This document shows positions 28,289-64,000 of a stretch of 64,000 nucleotides of DNA, in pieces (positions within the stretch are counted from its first letter, which is position 1; every line of letters begins with the position of its first letter). Source of the stretch: Paraspadella gotoi. Taxonomy: Eukaryota; Animalia; Chaetognatha. Made by a program: the position numbers and the translations under genes. The stretch is from NCBI GenBank assembly GCA_051294375.1, contig CM119267.1, positions 8,718,843 to 8,782,842 of the forward strand, written 5' to 3'. The notes beneath the pieces were generated by a model, which worked only from the letters and a program-made list of their open reading frames with translations, did no database searches and had not been told where the DNA came from.

Positions 28289-29053
28289 ACGCAGATAAAC
28301 ATGGAGCGAGTAAATTGTTTTCATGTATGAGGACTGGATTCGGTGGTGATTTCACGGGTCGGCGGTTCACAGATATCGTTTTCAAAAAAAAATGCTTTTT
28401 GTCCCTAATGAATGTTTTTCTTGTTAAGTGTGAATTATACGATTCTCGTGCCTCTAATTTGTTTTTCTTCATTCTATGACTATGTCAGTTGTTTTTCGCT
28501 CTAGATTGAAATGTACTTCGCTCACGACGCGGCCGTTATCATCGAATCAGATGGACTCGTCTCAACATAGAATAGGAAATCGTTAAAAAAGGGATAATTC
28601 GTCCTCGGAGTTTTTCGACGAAGTAACTCAATTTTTGCCAGTCATCGAAATTTTCTTTTTTCGATGGCGCTCAAACGATTTTAAATTTAAAAAGGTGAGA
28701 AAATAAAATAAGGTTGTCTAATTAAGAGAAAGAGAGAGACAGAAAGTGTAAAATGTTTTTAATTATCCTTCTTTTAAAACTAAGTCAAACACACCAAACG
28801 ACAGTCACCCTTTTTTACCTTTCTGAACACCAACCGCAAAACTTTCAACATTTTAAAAATCAAATAATTTTTTTAAAGCTTCTTCCCGCATTCTTTTTTT
28901 TTTCTTTTGGTTCAAAAATTTGGTTAACAAAAACATGAAAAAAAAATTAAGATTTACGATTCACACTTGATACACTAACGAACCTTGTTACGTATAACTT
29001 TTGACTTATTTTGCTTAAAACGCTTGTCGTTCTTGATAAGATTAAGTACAAAG

Positions 29054-29117
<64 letters not shown>

Positions 29118-30046
29118 GATTAAAGGGGGTTGTTGTTTCAGGGGAATAAGTGATGGACATAGACCTTAAAAAACATATATTTTATTCTCTTTTTGGCTCT
29201 GTTTCAAAAATAACAACAAAGCGACGAGAAAGAAAGAAAAACAAGTTTTTTTTCTTCTCCAGTTTCCTCTTTTTTTTTTATTTTATTAAGTAGGGACCCA
29301 AAAAAAAAAAGAGAAAGAAAAGAGAAAATGAGACGCGAAGCGAAAGAAAATGGTTTTCCACGATGATTTGTTTTCTGTCGCCGAATTTCTTTTCATTTTC
29401 TCCCGAAAGGAAAACAACAAAACAAGAATTCTGTTTGTAAACAAATATATGCGGGGAAAAAAACCATCGGTTACTCGGCGGCCGCGTTTGTTTACAAAAC
29501 AAATCCGTTTCGATTTAGCTACATGCCAAGAAACTTACGAATCACGTCGCACTTAACTCGAAGATCATTTTTGATAATATACACTTGAAAAGGGATTGCC
29601 TTCATATTTCCTTGCGGTTAACGAACTTAAGATTCTCTTATCGAAATAATTCTTTCTCTTTTTACTCTTCCAACCGTTTTGCTTTCCTGAATTTTAATCA
29701 CTCTGTTTTCTTTAACCTAACTAAGCGCTTAATTTTACAAATTTTTATTCATCCTGGGGAATTCTGTGCTTTTTGCCGATTTTAAACAATACACACAATA
29801 CGGACGAGCGCTTTGACGTTTTACCTGGCCAAATGTTTTTCTTTGATAGACTGAATAGATATTTTTACTACCCAATCACTTTTTTTCAAAAATATTTAAT
29901 CATCCATTTATTCATTCATCTTGTTCCCTTTGCCAATGTTTAATCACTCTTCAATTCATTCGTGTTTACTCAATACTCACCTTTTTGTACTCGCGCAAGC
30001 GCTCCTCTCATTCAAACCGATCCTCGATCTTCGTTCTTTTTTTCAG

Positions 30047-61996
<31,950 letters not shown>

Positions 61997-62010
61997 GTAT
62001 GTTCAGTCCT

Positions 62011-62044
62011 TACATTACATTACATTACATTACATTACATTACA
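62011..62044. repeat. (TACAT)n pentanucleotide repeat just after a splice donor
   Basis: Six full units directly visible. Confidence 0.9.
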
Positions 62045-62587
62045 ATATCCGTTTATCCGTCAATTTACCTGTTTGCAAATATTCAAAGAAAAAAGATAAA
62101 TTCAATCGAGGACTAGTTTTTTGAAAAAAAAATATTTTTTTTACTCCCATCTTAAATAAAATCAATGCAAATGACGACGAAGACGACGACGAAAACGAAA
62201 ACGACCAAAAAAAAAAAAACATTTTTAAAAAATGATTTTTAATCCGAAGCAAATTTTTTTTTTCTCCTCCTCCCTCCGGTCTTTGCAAAGTGCTTTTGAT
62301 TGCTTAACTAAATAACTCGAAAGGAAAATAAATAAAAATAAAGAAAAGAATATTTCGCTTTTGACGAAAAAAACAAAAACCGGGGCAGATTTTTTTTTTT
62401 TAAATTCGTTGCCCGCCGGTGAATTTTTCTTTTAACTCGGAAGGGAGAAAAAAATCCTTGAAAATCTCGCCCGAAAAAAAAAAAAAAAAAAAAAAGAAAG
62501 ATGAAAAAAATTTTCATCTTCTCCGCCATTTTTTTTTCCATTTCTCTCTCTTTTTCTGACGGATTTTTTTTTTTTTTTTAGTTCCTT

Positions 62588-62661
<74 letters not shown>

Positions 62662-64000
62662 GCCTCTTCCGTCGCTTCTCTCTTTTATCATCTTTCAGTC
62701 GCTTTTTTTTTTCTTCGGTGCCTCCTCTCAGCCTCGCGTTTCGCTCCGCAACCGTAAAAAAAAAAAATCTTTCGTTTATTCAGTCCCCGTCTCACTTTGC
62801 GACCTTCACTCTGTACCGGGTTATCGCATATCTTTACTCTCAAATTCTTTGCCGTGTATTTCCCTGCCTCATTTCCATCAAATTTTTTTTCTGCCATTAT
62901 TTCCCCACCCACTTTATTTTATTTTTTTTTAATTCATCCTACTTTTTTTCTAAATATTTTTTTAATCAATTTCCACTTTCCCTTTCTATGTATTTCCCAT
63001 TCACTCTCTCCCCTTCTCCCCCTCTCTCTTCCCCCCCCCTTCCCATCTCTTCCCACCTCTTTCCCATCTCTTCCCCCCTCCTTCCCATCCCTCCCTCTTT
63101 GCCTCGGCTTCATTCATTTTTCACACCGAATTTTGAAATGAGATTTTAAGCCTCAAAGCTTTTACTGTCACGTTCTTCATTCTTCTTTTCGTCTTCTCCT
63201 GGGAAGTGGGGGGAAAAGGAGGAGGAGGAGGAAGAGGAGAAGGGGTGGACGAGGCGAAGAAGGAGGGAAAGAAACGAATATGCGCAGAACAAGCAGAGTA
63301 GGTTTGATTAAGACGAGGAAACCTCGTGAAAGGCTTCGAGCTATAATTTGACAAGGTTTCCCTGATAGATTTAAAAAAAATTGGGCCTCTATGGTTGCCT
63401 TCTTTAACGTTACAGTTGATCGATTGATCGTGCCTCTCCTCATTTTCTCGTCGCCTGACCTCAAAAGCCAATCATATTAATTACCGTTCATTAGATAAGC
63501 ACGAATTTCAACACATTTCTTATTCTTATTTCTATTTCCACGGCCCCAATCTCACTTAACCCCCTCCTTCCTCTCTCCTTCCCGCTTTTTCCTCTTTTCA
63601 ACCCCCTGGGCACAAAACGAGAAGGCGAAAGTTGTCCCGTGGGCGTGACAAGAAATTCGAGCTCGACTCTATCCTCTCTCTTGTGTCCGCCCCCCCCCTA
63701 TTTCCCCCCCCCCTTTTGCTGAGGCCATTTTGGCGACTTCCCGACGTTTAGTATTTAAACTTCAAAAGAAGAATAATAATTTTTTTAATAAATGATTATT
63801 TATTATTAATCCTTATTAATTAATGAAACAAAACTATTTTCGGATAAAATTTTGTCTCTGTCTACAAAAGAAAAAGCAGAACAGAGTTAACGGGCATCAG
63901 TTGCTAGCACATTCCATTTACTTTTTATTTACAAGTAATGCTACATTGAGAATTTACAACACTTTTGCTTCTCTCCAAATCTATTCGCCATTTTTTTTAG

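Overview
Animal (probably invertebrate) nuclear DNA from a draft assembly. Introns are AT-rich, exons are CpG-rich, and (CT)n/(GA)n microsatellites flank most N gaps. Two + strand spliceosomal genes can be reconstructed. (1) A 3-exon fukutin/LicD-family nucleotidyltransferase of about 435 aa at 23954-25544, with a type II membrane anchor and the motif NCGTLLGWYRQC...DWDVD. (2) A very large low-complexity protein gene at 30047 to >64000, with at least 24 exons and about 2000 aa in this window. Its one recognisable motif, DEDLVDDFSFLSYETYEDLE|AD, matches the AUTS2/FBRSL1/tay bridge N-terminal motif, including the intron position as I recall it for human AUTS2. Mobile elements are a tRNA-Gly-headed SINE-like element, a small MITE and a Helentron/HINE-like element. 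Much of the apparent duplication looks like long-read gap-filling artefact: the second fukutin-like copy, the tandem exon blocks, and the noisy stretches at 12.4-21.7 kb and 46.2-49.8 kb. Several of these junctions sit on gaps of exactly 25 N. I found no prokaryotic-type system (CRISPR, operon, defence island). The most interesting biology is the divergent AUTS2/tay-like gene and its neighbourhood.
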